A DNA stretch of 64,000 nt, taken from positions 672,001 to 736,000 of the forward strand of contig CANJVR010000001.1 of the NCBI GenBank assembly GCA_947478395.1. The letters are read 5' to 3'. Numbering within the stretch: position 1 is the stretch's first letter; every line of letters begins with the position of its first letter. The DNA comes from Opitutia bacterium. GTDB lineage: Bacteria; Verrucomicrobiota; Verrucomicrobiia; Opitutales; Opitutaceae. Below the pieces are notes generated by a model. That model was not told where the DNA came from. It searched no databases and saw only the letters and a list, made by a program, of their open reading frames with translations. A program made the translations under genes and the position numbers. Below are positions 30,439 to 39,506 of the stretch, piece after piece.

Positions 30439-31179
30439 ATGCATGTGACCAAACCCGTCGTGCCCGGCGTGAAATACAAACGCATCATCCTGAAGCTCTC
30501 CGGCGAGGTGCTGCGCGGCGGGAAGTCGGGCGACCCCATCGACGCTGCCACGCTCGAGAAAACCTGCAGTCAGGTAAAAGAGATTGCTGATCTAGGCGTC
30601 GAGGTGTGCGTGGTCATCGGCGGCGGCAACATCTTCCGCGGCCTCACCGGCGCGCAGCGCGGCGTCGACCGCACCACCGGCGACTACATGGGCATGCTTG
30701 CCACTGTCATCAACGCCCTCGCCCTGATGGACTGCCTGGAAAAAATGGGGGTCACCACCCGGGTCCAAAGCGCGATCCCGATGAACCAGATTGCCGAGCC
30801 ATTCATCCTCCGCCGCGCCATGCGCCACCTCGAAAAGGGGCGGGTCGTGATCTTCGCCGCCGGCACCGGCAATCCGTACTTTTCCACCGACACCACCGCG
30901 GCCCTCCGTGCCTCTGAGTTGCACGCCGACATCATCATGAAGGCCACGAAGGTCGACGGCATCTACGACAAGGATCCGAAGAAGTTTCCCGACGCGGTTA
31001 AGTATGACCAGATCACGTTTATCGACGCCCTGAAGCAGCGGCTCAACGTCATGGACTCGACCGCGTTTTCGCTGTGTCTCGACAATAATGTTCCCATCCT
31101 CGTGTTCGACCTCAACGACGAGCACGCCATCCGCAAAGCCGTCCTCGGCGAAAAAATCGGCACGCTCGTCAAGAGCTGA
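30439..31179 (+). CDS. pyrH: UMP kinase
   Basis: [36 protein letters not shown]; start could be the GTG at 30445. Confidence 0.96.
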   Translation: MHVTKPVVPGVKYKRIILKLSGEVLRGGKSGDPIDAATLEKTCSQVKEIADLGVEVCVVIGGGNIFRGLTGAQRGVDRTTGDYMGMLATVINALALMDCLEKMGVTTRVQSAIPMNQIAEPFILRRAMRHLEKGRVVIFAAGTGNPYFSTDTTAALRASELHADIIMKATKVDGIYDKDPKKFPDAVKYDQITFIDALKQRLNVMDSTAFSLCLDNNVPILVFDLNDEHAIRKAVLGEKIGTLVKS

Positions 31180-31240
31180 ACGCTCGTCCTCGTTGGCCGC
31201 CCGTTAAAATCGCGACTCCAAAAAACAAAAACTTCCTCCC

Positions 31241-31786
31241 ATGTCCTCCCCTTTCCTTTCAGAAGCCCAGGCCAAGATGAAAAAAGCCGTGGACCATACG
31301 CTCCACGAATTCAGCGCCATTCATACCGGCAAAGCCACGCCCGCGATGGTCGAGACGATCATGGTCGAGGCTTATGGCCAGAACACCCCGCTCAAACAGT
31401 GCGCCGCCATCAGCACGCCCGACGCGCGGCTCATTCAAATCCAGCCGTGGGACGTCAGCCTGATTAAATCCATCCTCAAGGGCGTTCAGGAGGCCAATCT
31501 CGGTTTCAATCCCATCCCCGACGGGAAAATCATCCGCATTCCACTCCCTGAAATGAGCCGTGAACGCCGGCAGGAATTCGTCAAGACCGCCCACCGTCTC
31601 GCGGAGGAAGGTCGCGTTCACGTGCGCAACGCCCGCCGCGACATCCTGGAGACAGTCAAAAAAGCCAAGCTGCCCGAGGACGAGTCGAAGCGCCTCGAAA
31701 AAGACATTCAAGCCGCGACGGACGCCGCGATCAAAAGCATCGGCGACCATCTCGCGCACAAAGAAAAAGACCTGCTCACCGTTTGA
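31241..31786 (+). CDS. frr: Ribosome recycling factor
   Basis: IQPWD, LGFNP, PEMSRERR, VRNARRD, KEKDLL; follows pyrH. Confidence 0.95.
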   Translation: MSSPFLSEAQAKMKKAVDHTLHEFSAIHTGKATPAMVETIMVEAYGQNTPLKQCAAISTPDARLIQIQPWDVSLIKSILKGVQEANLGFNPIPDGKIIRIPLPEMSRERRQEFVKTAHRLAEEGRVHVRNARRDILETVKKAKLPEDESKRLEKDIQAATDAAIKSIGDHLAHKEKDLLTV

Positions 31787-31868
31787 GCCGGAATCGGACC
31801 GGAGCTCACCAGGTCTGCGCAGAAATCACGCCGACGTTTTCCTCGCTCCGCTCCCTCCGTTATCTCCA

Positions 31869-32981
31869 GTGAAAATCTCCGGGCAGAATTCCGTTCCGCG
31901 ACGAGTGGTCGTCAAACTCGGCACCGGCGTGCTCACGACCGGCATCGGCCAGCTCGACCTCGCGCGACTTTCCGATCTCGCCGCCCAACTCGCCGCCCTC
32001 CGCGCCCAGGGCACCGAGGTGATTGTGGTTTCCTCCGGCGCGGTCGGCCTCGGGATGGGACGGCTAACACTCGCAAAAAAGCCCCGCGATCTCCCGAAAA
32101 AGCAGGCCTGCGCCGCCGTCGGACAATCGCTCCTCATGCAAGCGTGGCAGGCGGCATTCGCGCCGCATACGTTGCCCGTCGCCCAGGTGCTCCTGACGCA
32201 CGAAGACCTGCGCGCCCGCGAACGTTACCTCGGGATCAAACATTGCCTGCGCGAACTCATCGCCTACGGCACGATTCCGATCATCAACGAAAACGACACG
32301 GTCAGCGCCGCCGAAATCAAATTCGGCGACAACGACACGCTCTCGGCTCTCGTCGCGAGTCTCATCGAGGCCGATCACCTCATCATCCTTTCCACCGCGC
32401 CCGGCCTGATCGATTTGAAGGGCACCGGAAAAATCATCCCGGTGGTGGAACGCATCACGGCCGACGTGGAAGCGATGGCCGGCGGCACCACCAGCGAGAC
32501 CGCCACCGGTGGCATGATCTCTAAAATTTCCGCGGCCAAACTGGCGACGCGCGCCGGTTGCGGCGTTTTCATCGCCAGCGGCGCCGAGCCCGCGATCGTG
32601 GCACGCCTGCTCGCCGGCTCCGGTCCCGGTACATTCTTCGTGCCCAGCGGCCTCCCGCTCGAAGCCAAAAAACACTGGCTCGCTTATTTCCAGCGCCCCG
32701 TCGGCACGATTCACCTCAATGAACGCGCCGGTCCCGTCCTGCTTGAGCGCGGCAGCAGCCTGCTCGCCGTTGGAGTCACCCACGCCAGCGGCGATTTCAG
32801 CGCGGGCGATATCGTCAACATTTCCAGCCGCACCGGCACGATCATCGCCCGCGGTAAATCCAGCTTTGGGAGCGACGAAATCCCGGCGCTCGCAGGGCTC
32901 AAAGCCGAGGCGCTCCGCGCGCTGTATCCGCAACGCAAACGCCTCGAGGTCGTGCATCGCAACGATCTCGTGCTGCTTTGA
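31869..32981 (+). CDS. proB: Glutamate 5-kinase with PUA domain
   Basis: VVKLGT, VSSGAV, AAVGQ, INENDTV, FGDNDTLS, TGGMISK, SLLAVG, VHRNDLV. Confidence 0.95.
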   Translation: MKISGQNSVPRRVVVKLGTGVLTTGIGQLDLARLSDLAAQLAALRAQGTEVIVVSSGAVGLGMGRLTLAKKPRDLPKKQACAAVGQSLLMQAWQAAFAPHTLPVAQVLLTHEDLRARERYLGIKHCLRELIAYGTIPIINENDTVSAAEIKFGDNDTLSALVASLIEADHLIILSTAPGLIDLKGTGKIIPVVERITADVEAMAGGTTSETATGGMISKISAAKLATRAGCGVFIASGAEPAIVARLLAGSGPGTFFVPSGLPLEAKKHWLAYFQRPVGTIHLNERAGPVLLERGSSLLAVGVTHASGDFSAGDIVNISSRTGTIIARGKSSFGSDEIPALAGLKAEALRALYPQRKRLEVVHRNDLVLL

Positions 32982-33140
32982 GCCAAGCCCCAAGGGGCAA
33001 ATCAACTTCCGGCCGTGACGAAGATTCATGGTCCGTCCAAAACGGACAGGTGTCCCCGTTTGCTTGCCATCGGCCGTTGCGACCGGCTGTCTAGCCCTTC
33101 CGCGCGCCCTGTGCGCGGAAAAAACTCCCGTCGATACTCC

Positions 33141-34547
33141 ATGAAATTTACCGCCCTGGTTCCCCTGTTACTCGCCCTCGCGTCGCTCTTGCCCACGGCC
33201 CACGCAGCGTCCGCGCCCGTGACGTGGGATACCGCCGCCACGATTCTCGCTCGCATCAAGGCCCCCACGTTTCCCGCCCGCGATTTTCCGATCACGAACT
33301 ACGGCGCCAAAGCGGACGGCACCACCGATTGCACGAAAGCCCTGCAAGCCGCGATCGCCGCGTGCTATACCGCCGGTGGCGGACGCGTGGTGGTGCCCGC
33401 CGGCGTTTTTCTCACCGGCGCGGTCCATCTGAAGAGCAACGTCAACCTCCACGTGCTCGCCGGAGCCACGCTGCGTTTCAGCACCGATCCCGCCGCCTAC
33501 CTGCCGGTCGTCCGCACCCGCTGGGAAGGCCTAGAGTGCATGAATTACTCGCCGTTTATCTACGCCTTCGAGCAAGAAAACATCGCCGTCACCGGCGAGG
33601 GCACACTCGACGGCAGCGCCGCGGCCGAAAACTGGTGGGGCTGGGCGCTGAAGGGCGCCGAAAAATCCACCCGTGCCACTCCCGATGTTCGGGCCCTCAA
33701 CGATCTCGCCGACCGCGGCGTGCCCCTGGCCGAGCGTGTTTTCGGTGCCGGACATCTTTTGCGGCCTTCGTTCATTCAACCTTACCTCTGCAAAAACATC
33801 CTGATCGAGGGCGTCACGATTCTCCGCTCGCCGATGTGGGAGGTCACGCCTGTGCTCAGTTCCAATATCATCGTGCGCGGCGTAAAAATCGACACGCACG
33901 GCCCCAACAACGATGGCTGCAATCCCGATTCCTGCCGCGACGTGCTGATTGAGAACTGCGTGTTCGACACCGGGGACGACTGCATCGCGATCAAGTCGGG
34001 CCGCAACAACGACGGCCGGCGCATCGGCGTGGCCTCGGAAAATCTGATCATCCGCAACTGCGTGATGAAAGACGGCCACGGCGGCGTGGTCCTCGGCAGC
34101 GAGGTCTCGGGCGACGTCCGTAACGTCTTCGTCGAAAACTGTACGATGGACAGCCCCCAACTGGAACGCGCCCTTCGCTTCAAATCGAACGCCAAGCGCG
34201 GCGGCACGATCGAGAATGTTTTCATGCGCAACGTCACCGTCGGCCAGGTGGCTGAGGCGATTCTCACCATCGACTTCCTCTATGAAGATGGCGCTAAGGG
34301 CGACCACTTGCCCACGGTCCGCCACGTCCTCATCGAGAACGTCACGAGCAAGAACAGCCCGCGCGTGTTTTACGTGGCCAGTTTCAAGGGCGCGACGATC
34401 GACGACATCGTCGTCCGCAACTGCACCTTCGCCGGCATCACGAGCAGCGAGTTCATTCAGCACGCAGGGCGCATCACGCTCGACAATGTTACCATTCTGC
34501 CCGTGAAAAAATCGCCCAGCTTGAGCACACGCGAAGGCCCGCTCTGA
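33141..34547 (+). CDS. Secreted glycoside hydrolase family 28 (polygalacturonase-like)
   Basis: Signal peptide; NNDG, GDDCIAIKSGR, GHGG, RFKS catalytic motifs. Confidence 0.93.
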   Translation: MKFTALVPLLLALASLLPTAHAASAPVTWDTAATILARIKAPTFPARDFPITNYGAKADGTTDCTKALQAAIAACYTAGGGRVVVPAGVFLTGAVHLKSNVNLHVLAGATLRFSTDPAAYLPVVRTRWEGLECMNYSPFIYAFEQENIAVTGEGTLDGSAAAENWWGWALKGAEKSTRATPDVRALNDLADRGVPLAERVFGAGHLLRPSFIQPYLCKNILIEGVTILRSPMWEVTPVLSSNIIVRGVKIDTHGPNNDGCNPDSCRDVLIENCVFDTGDDCIAIKSGRNNDGRRIGVASENLIIRNCVMKDGHGGVVLGSEVSGDVRNVFVENCTMDSPQLERALRFKSNAKRGGTIENVFMRNVTVGQVAEAILTIDFLYEDGAKGDHLPTVRHVLIENVTSKNSPRVFYVASFKGATIDDIVVRNCTFAGITSSEFIQHAGRITLDNVTILPVKKSPSLSTREGPL

Positions 34548-34834
34548 CGCTGGACGGCGCTATTAGACCTCGCTCCGGCAAACCAACCCTGGCTTCGGCC
34601 AACCGCCTCAGGCATTCGGCGCTCGGAAAATTCCCGAGATCAGGGCCGTGGGTCCGGGTGAATCAGACGGCGCCCTTATTTTATCGCGCTAACTCGCGCG
34701 CCGCCGAATCGAGCGGAAATCGTCGTCGTACCACCGATGTCATCGGTTCGATCCGGGATGAAGAAACGAACTGAGGTCGCGTCCTTGGTATTGGCTTGGC
34801 TTCGCGATCAACCATTCTCCGCAAAGCACCGAGC

Positions 34835-35944
34835 ATGAGCCCGCCGATCAAATTCGTTCGCCTGCCACCCAATCGCGTCTGGCGAACCTATCAAGGCGGC
34901 CGGCTGCTCGACCACCTCGCGTCCGCTGCGTCGCCCGCCGATTCCCATTTTCCCGAGGATTGGATCGCGTCGACGACGCAGGCGATCAACCCGCCCGACG
35001 CCACCCGCCACCCATCGTCGGCCGGGCCGGAAGGCGTCTCGTCGGTCCTCGTGGGCTCCGACGTGATCCCGCGCAATTTCGCCGATCTGCTCGCGACCGA
35101 TGCCGCCGGTTTTCTAGGTGCCGCACACGCGCGGCGCTTTGGCGCGTCTCCGCAGCTGCTGGTCAAATATCTCGATCCCTCGACCCGGCTGCACTTTCAA
35201 GTCCACCCCACCGCCGATTTTGCTCGGCGGTTTCTCGGTGCGCCCTCTGGTAAAACCGAGGCGTACCATGTTCTCGCGGTGCGCGACGATCTGCCGCACC
35301 CGCCGTTTCTCTACCTCGGGTTCCAGCGACCGCCGTCCCGCGAAAATCTCCGTCACATGATCGCAACCCAGGACATCGCGGGAATCGAAGCCTGCTTTGA
35401 TCGGATCCCGGTCAGCGTGGGCGACACGTTGCTGGCGCCCGGCGGCGTGCCGCACGCGCTTGGGCCGGGATTGATGTTGGCCGAAATCCAAGAGCCGAGC
35501 GATCTCGTGGTGCGTTTTGAATTCGAACGCGGCGGCTACGTGATACCCGAGTCCTCGCGCTTCATGGGGCGCGGCCTTGATTTCTGCCTCGATGTGTTCG
35601 ATTTCGCCGCCTGGCCCGCCGCGCGTGTGTTCACGGAGGCATTCTGTCCGCCGCGCCGACGCCGCGCGCTCGGGGTCGATTCGTCCCAAGACGACCTCAT
35701 TGGCCACGAGCGCACACCGTGTTTCCGCGTCCGGAAAAGTCACATCCGAGCTCCGATTGTGCGCCATGAATCCGAATGCTTCATCGGCATCGTAACCGCC
35801 GGCACCGGCACCCTCCACGTCGGAGGAGAAATCCATGCCCTGCGGACCTTCGAAAAATTTTTCATCCCGGCCACCCTCGGCCCGTGGGAACTGATACCCA
35901 CCCCTACGCTCGAACTGCTGGAATGCTATCCACCGGCGGCGTGA
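34835..35944 (+). CDS. Type I mannose-6-phosphate-isomerase-like cupin protein
   Basis: EDWIAS, LLVKYLD, FQVHP, KTEAY, PHALG, EIQEPSD. Confidence 0.82.
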   Translation: MSPPIKFVRLPPNRVWRTYQGGRLLDHLASAASPADSHFPEDWIASTTQAINPPDATRHPSSAGPEGVSSVLVGSDVIPRNFADLLATDAAGFLGAAHARRFGASPQLLVKYLDPSTRLHFQVHPTADFARRFLGAPSGKTEAYHVLAVRDDLPHPPFLYLGFQRPPSRENLRHMIATQDIAGIEACFDRIPVSVGDTLLAPGGVPHALGPGLMLAEIQEPSDLVVRFEFERGGYVIPESSRFMGRGLDFCLDVFDFAAWPAARVFTEAFCPPRRRRALGVDSSQDDLIGHERTPCFRVRKSHIRAPIVRHESECFIGIVTAGTGTLHVGGEIHALRTFEKFFIPATLGPWELIPTPTLELLECYPPAA

Positions 35945-36005
35945 AGCCCGGGATCCATTTCGTGCCGGGACGGGCGCGAAATGGGCCCCTTTAAACGGCC
36001 TAAAA

Positions 36006-36081
36006 TGGTGCCCCCGTCCGGAATTGAACCGGAATCCAACGTTTAGGAAACGCTTGCTCTATCCATTTGAGCTACGGGGAC
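36006..36081 (-). tRNA. tRNA-Arg (CCT)
   Basis: Cloverleaf GTCCCCG...CGGGGGC-A-CCA; anticodon loop TT-CCT-AA; T-arm GGTTCAATTCC. Confidence 0.96.
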
Positions 36082-36133
36082 GCTGCGCCGGAATTCCGCG
36101 CATTACCTGTGGGTTGTAAGCCCAAAATGCGGG

Positions 36134-36161
36134 TTGACAACCCTGCTCCCAAAATCAGTTT
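36134..36161 (+). promoter_or_regulatory. Possible sigma70-type promoter for rpsR
   Basis: Perfect TTGACA at 36134-36139; only a weak -10 candidate. Confidence 0.4.
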
Positions 36162-36180
36162 CACCCTTCCACTTTTCGTC

Positions 36181-36375
36181 ATGAGCACCACCGCACCCGC
36201 CACGCAGACCCTCACGCCCGCCGAGATTCCCTTCACCACTCCGGAGGTGATGCGGCATTTCGTGACCGACACGGGCAAGATTCTGCCCCGCAAATACACC
36301 CATCTGACCGCGAAGCACCAGCGCGCTATCACCCGCACGCTCAAGCAGTCCCGCAATCTGCTGCTCGCGAAGTAA
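36181..36375 (+). CDS. rpsR: 30S ribosomal protein S18 (cysteine-free form)
   Basis: FVTDTGKILPRKYTHLTAKHQRAITRTLKQSRNL matches the S18 core. Confidence 0.9.
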   Translation: MSTTAPATQTLTPAEIPFTTPEVMRHFVTDTGKILPRKYTHLTAKHQRAITRTLKQSRNLLLAK

Positions 36376-36399
36376 GGCTTCGCCTTGCGCTTCCTTTTC

Positions 36400-36428
36400 A
36401 GGCCGGAGTTCCCCGCTCCGGCCTTTTT
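36400..36428 (+). terminator. Intrinsic terminator after rpsR
   Basis: aggccggag-ttccccg-ctccggcct followed by a T-run. Confidence 0.75.
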
Positions 36429-36446
36429 CGTGTCGTCCTGCCAGCC

Positions 36447-37433
36447 ATGACCGCCCGGACTTATCGCGGCACCCCGCGCAACCTCGCCCTCCTCGCACAG
36501 GCTTTGCAGGCGGGAGAGCTGGTCGCCGTCCCAACGGAAACCGTCTACGGTCTCGCCGCCGACGCGCTCGACGCTCGTGCCTGCCGCAAGATTTTCACGG
36601 CCAAAGGCCGGCCCGCGAACGACCCGCTGATCGTTCACATTCACGCGCTCCGTCAACTTGAACTCGTTGCCCGGCCGAACTCCGCCGCGCTCAAGCTCGC
36701 AAAAAAATTCTGGCCCGGGCCACTCACGCTTGTGCTGCCAAAGACCGAAGCGATCTCCGCCGTCGTTTCCGCCGGACTACCGAGCGTCGCCGTCCGCATG
36801 CCCGCGCATCCGCTTTTCCGCCGGTTGCTAAAACTGACCGGCGTCCCGCTCGCCGCGCCGAGTGCCAACCGCTTCGGCTACGTCAGCCCGACCACGGCCG
36901 CGCACGTGCACGAAGGTCTCGGAAAAAAAATCCGCTACATTCTCGACGGCGGTCCCGCCCAAATCGGGCTCGAGTCCACCATCGTCGATCTCCGCGATCC
37001 TCTGCATCCACAATTGCTGCGTCCGGGCGCGATCACGCGCACCGCACTCAGCCGCGCCTTGGGCCGTCCCGTTGGAACGCCGGCCTCCACCCCCGCACGC
37101 GTCGACACGGCGCAGCTCGCTCCCGGCCTGTTGGCCCGCCACTACAGCCCGCGAACTCCCGTCACGCTCCATCAGCAACTTTCGGTCCGCGCCGCCGCGA
37201 TCTCATCGGCGGACGAAGCCTGGTTGTTCATCTCCCGCCCTGCCCGCCTGCGCGGTGAAAATATTTTCTGGCTCGATGCGAAGGGAGAGTTGGGCGGTGT
37301 CGCGCACACGCTTTTCGCCACCTTGCGTCGGCTTGATCGTAGCGGCTACCGCCGCATCCACGTCGAACTTGCCCGGGGTGACGGCCTCGCAGCCGCGATC
37401 AACGATCGCCTGCGCCGCGCTGCGGCCCGGTGA
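36447..37433 (+). CDS. sua5: L-threonylcarbamoyladenylate synthase (Sua5 type, with C-terminal domain)
   Basis: PTETVYGLAA, KGRPANDPLIVH, FWPGPLT, APSAN, GLESTI, APG...HYSP, AINDRLRRAA. Confidence 0.95.
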   Translation: MTARTYRGTPRNLALLAQALQAGELVAVPTETVYGLAADALDARACRKIFTAKGRPANDPLIVHIHALRQLELVARPNSAALKLAKKFWPGPLTLVLPKTEAISAVVSAGLPSVAVRMPAHPLFRRLLKLTGVPLAAPSANRFGYVSPTTAAHVHEGLGKKIRYILDGGPAQIGLESTIVDLRDPLHPQLLRPGAITRTALSRALGRPVGTPASTPARVDTAQLAPGLLARHYSPRTPVTLHQQLSVRAAAISSADEAWLFISRPARLRGENIFWLDAKGELGGVAHTLFATLRRLDRSGYRRIHVELARGDGLAAAINDRLRRAAAR

Positions 37434-37460
37434 AAGTTTGTTGCGCCTAGATACGGGCGC

Positions 37461-38666
37461 TTACGACACCGGGGCCAAGGTCTCCGCGACCGGCGTCCGA
37501 TAAGCTTTCGCGGCCGGTACGGCGCCCCCAAGGGCGCACAGCGCAATCATCGCAACGGGGCAAATCCAGAGGACCGGATGCATCGCCGCCACCTCGAGGA
37601 CGACGCCGGTCTGCGCGCGGATCACTCCGGCCACGGCCACCAGCAACGCGCCATAAATCGCAAATCCACCCACCGCGCCGAGCAGGCCGATGGCCGCGGC
37701 TTCCGCCACGACCGCACCGAAAATCGTCCGCCGCCGCGCTCCTAGCGCGCGCAGAATCGCGAGGTCGCGCTGCCGCGCACTCATCGAATTATAAATGCTC
37801 GCGAGCACCGAACCGGCCGCGACGAGCGCAACGAGGTACGCCACCAGCGCGAGCACCTGGTCGAACCATGAAATTTTACCGAACAATTCCGCGATGATCG
37901 CGTTCACCGGATAAGCCAGCGTCAGCCGGTTGCCCTGTTTGTTGATCATTACGTCGAGCATCATGCCCGCCGTCTGCGCCCGCAGTTGCACCAACACGGC
38001 ACTTACATCGGTCGCCGCTTTCGCGTCGTGGCCACTCATCGTCTGCACACCTTGCAACGGAATCCAAACGACTTTGTCCGCCGGCGTGTTGGTCGGCGCG
38101 AGCACGCCCGCGACGGTATACGTCTCCGCGTGTTCGTTCTTGGGATCGAAAGCCAGACCGTGAAAGGGATGGAACGTGTCGCCAGCTTTCAGACCCAGCC
38201 GGTCCGCCGCGAAACTTCCCACCACGGCTTCGCGCGCGGCCTCACCGAAAATTTTTCCGCCCGGCTGCACCGCATATTTTTTCCCCGCTGCGTACTCCAC
38301 CGTCGTGAAAAGTTCAGGCAGGGTGCCGACGATGCGATATCCGCGCAGGTTGTCGCCCACCGCGATAGGGATCGCGGTCTTCACCGCCGGATGACGCTTG
38401 ATCGCTTCGTAGTCACTCCAGGCCAAATTCCCCGGCGAAGCCTCCAGATGAAAAATCGCGTTGAGCACAAGCTGTAGCTTTGAACCACGCGCACCGAGCA
38501 CGGCATCGAACGCCGTCGACGTCGAAACGAAGGCCGCTTGCGCCTGCGCCTTTACCATCCACACGGTCATCAGCAAACCGCACGCGAGAGCGATGCTGCC
38601 GGCTGTGATGAGCGTCGAAAGCGCGTGCTGGCGCAGCGAGCGGTAAATAATGAGCGGGAGCGTCAC
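37461..38666 (-). CDS. ABC transporter permease (MacB/FtsX-like)
   Basis: [31 protein letters not shown]; large periplasmic loop and four TM helices. Confidence 0.9.
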   Translation of the reverse strand: MTLPLIIYRSLRQHALSTLITAGSIALACGLLMTVWMVKAQAQAAFVSTSTAFDAVLGARGSKLQLVLNAIFHLEASPGNLAWSDYEAIKRHPAVKTAIPIAVGDNLRGYRIVGTLPELFTTVEYAAGKKYAVQPGGKIFGEAAREAVVGSFAADRLGLKAGDTFHPFHGLAFDPKNEHAETYTVAGVLAPTNTPADKVVWIPLQGVQTMSGHDAKAATDVSAVLVQLRAQTAGMMLDVMINKQGNRLTLAYPVNAIIAELFGKISWFDQVLALVAYLVALVAAGSVLASIYNSMSARQRDLAILRALGARRRTIFGAVVAEAAAIGLLGAVGGFAIYGALLVAVAGVIRAQTGVVLEVAAMHPVLWICPVAMIALCALGGAVPAAKAYRTPVAETLAPVS

Positions 38667-39343
38667 GGTGAAAGCACGCCGCGGGCGGCAGCGTTAATGA
38701 CCCTGAAATCCTGCACGCCCGCGAACTGCGCGAGCACCGCTTCGTCGTGGCTCACCAACAAAAGCGCCGCCGCGTTTTCTCGGCAAACTTCACGGATCAG
38801 CGCCAAGGCCTCGTGCGCGTGTACGCGATCGAGATTGCCCGTCGGCTCGTCCGCGAGGACCAGCTTCGGCCGGTTCGCAAGCGCGCGAGCGACCGCCACG
38901 CGCTGCTGCTGGCCCGTGGAAAGTTGGCGCGGAAAATGGCGCAGCCGGTGCCCCAGTCCGACGCGCGTCAATAACTCCGTGGCCTGTACGCGATCAGCGC
39001 CGCGCGGCCCGAAGCTCATGCCCAGCATCACGTTTTCCAAAACCGTGTAGCCCTGCAGAAGATTAAAAGTTTGGAAAATGTAGCCGAGTTTTTCCGCCCG
39101 CAACTGGTCCCGCCGCGACTCGGTCAGCGCCGCCATGTCGATACCGTCGATCTCCACGCGTCCCCCATCCGCCGAGAGAATGCCGGCGATCAAATTCAAA
39201 AACGTGGTCTTCCCCGACCCGCTCTCCCCGCGCAACGCCCGCTGCTCTCCCGCCCCGAGGGCGAAAGCCGGGACACGCACGATCTCGACGCGCCCACCTT
39301 CGGGGACCTCAAACGATTTCGTCAGATCGGTGACAACCAGCAT
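38663..39343 (-). CDS. ABC transporter ATP-binding protein (LolD/MacB-like)
   Basis: [42 protein letters not shown]. Confidence 0.94.
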   Translation of the reverse strand: MLVVTDLTKSFEVPEGGRVEIVRVPAFALGAGEQRALRGESGSGKTTFLNLIAGILSADGGRVEIDGIDMAALTESRRDQLRAEKLGYIFQTFNLLQGYTVLENVMLGMSFGPRGADRVQATELLTRVGLGHRLRHFPRQLSTGQQQRVAVARALANRPKLVLADEPTGNLDRVHAHEALALIREVCRENAAALLLVSHDEAVLAQFAGVQDFRVINAAARGVLSP

Positions 39344-39506
39344 CGTGCGGAAGTTAAGGAATCACGGCCTGCACGCCAACTGTTTCTCACCGGGCCGCCC
39401 ACCATGAGGGAAAGCCTGCGACGCTCCAAACCTGGCGCCCGACGCTGCATCGAAAAAAGAGCACCGCGTCGGGAGCGAAGTCGCGCGGGGCCGCGCCGCA
39501 CGCGAC

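Noticed and set aside
35945..36081. Genomic island integrated at tRNA-Arg or tRNA-Pro (58654-58730)
   Set aside because: No integrase, no duplicated tRNA 3' end seen, and no obvious composition shift.
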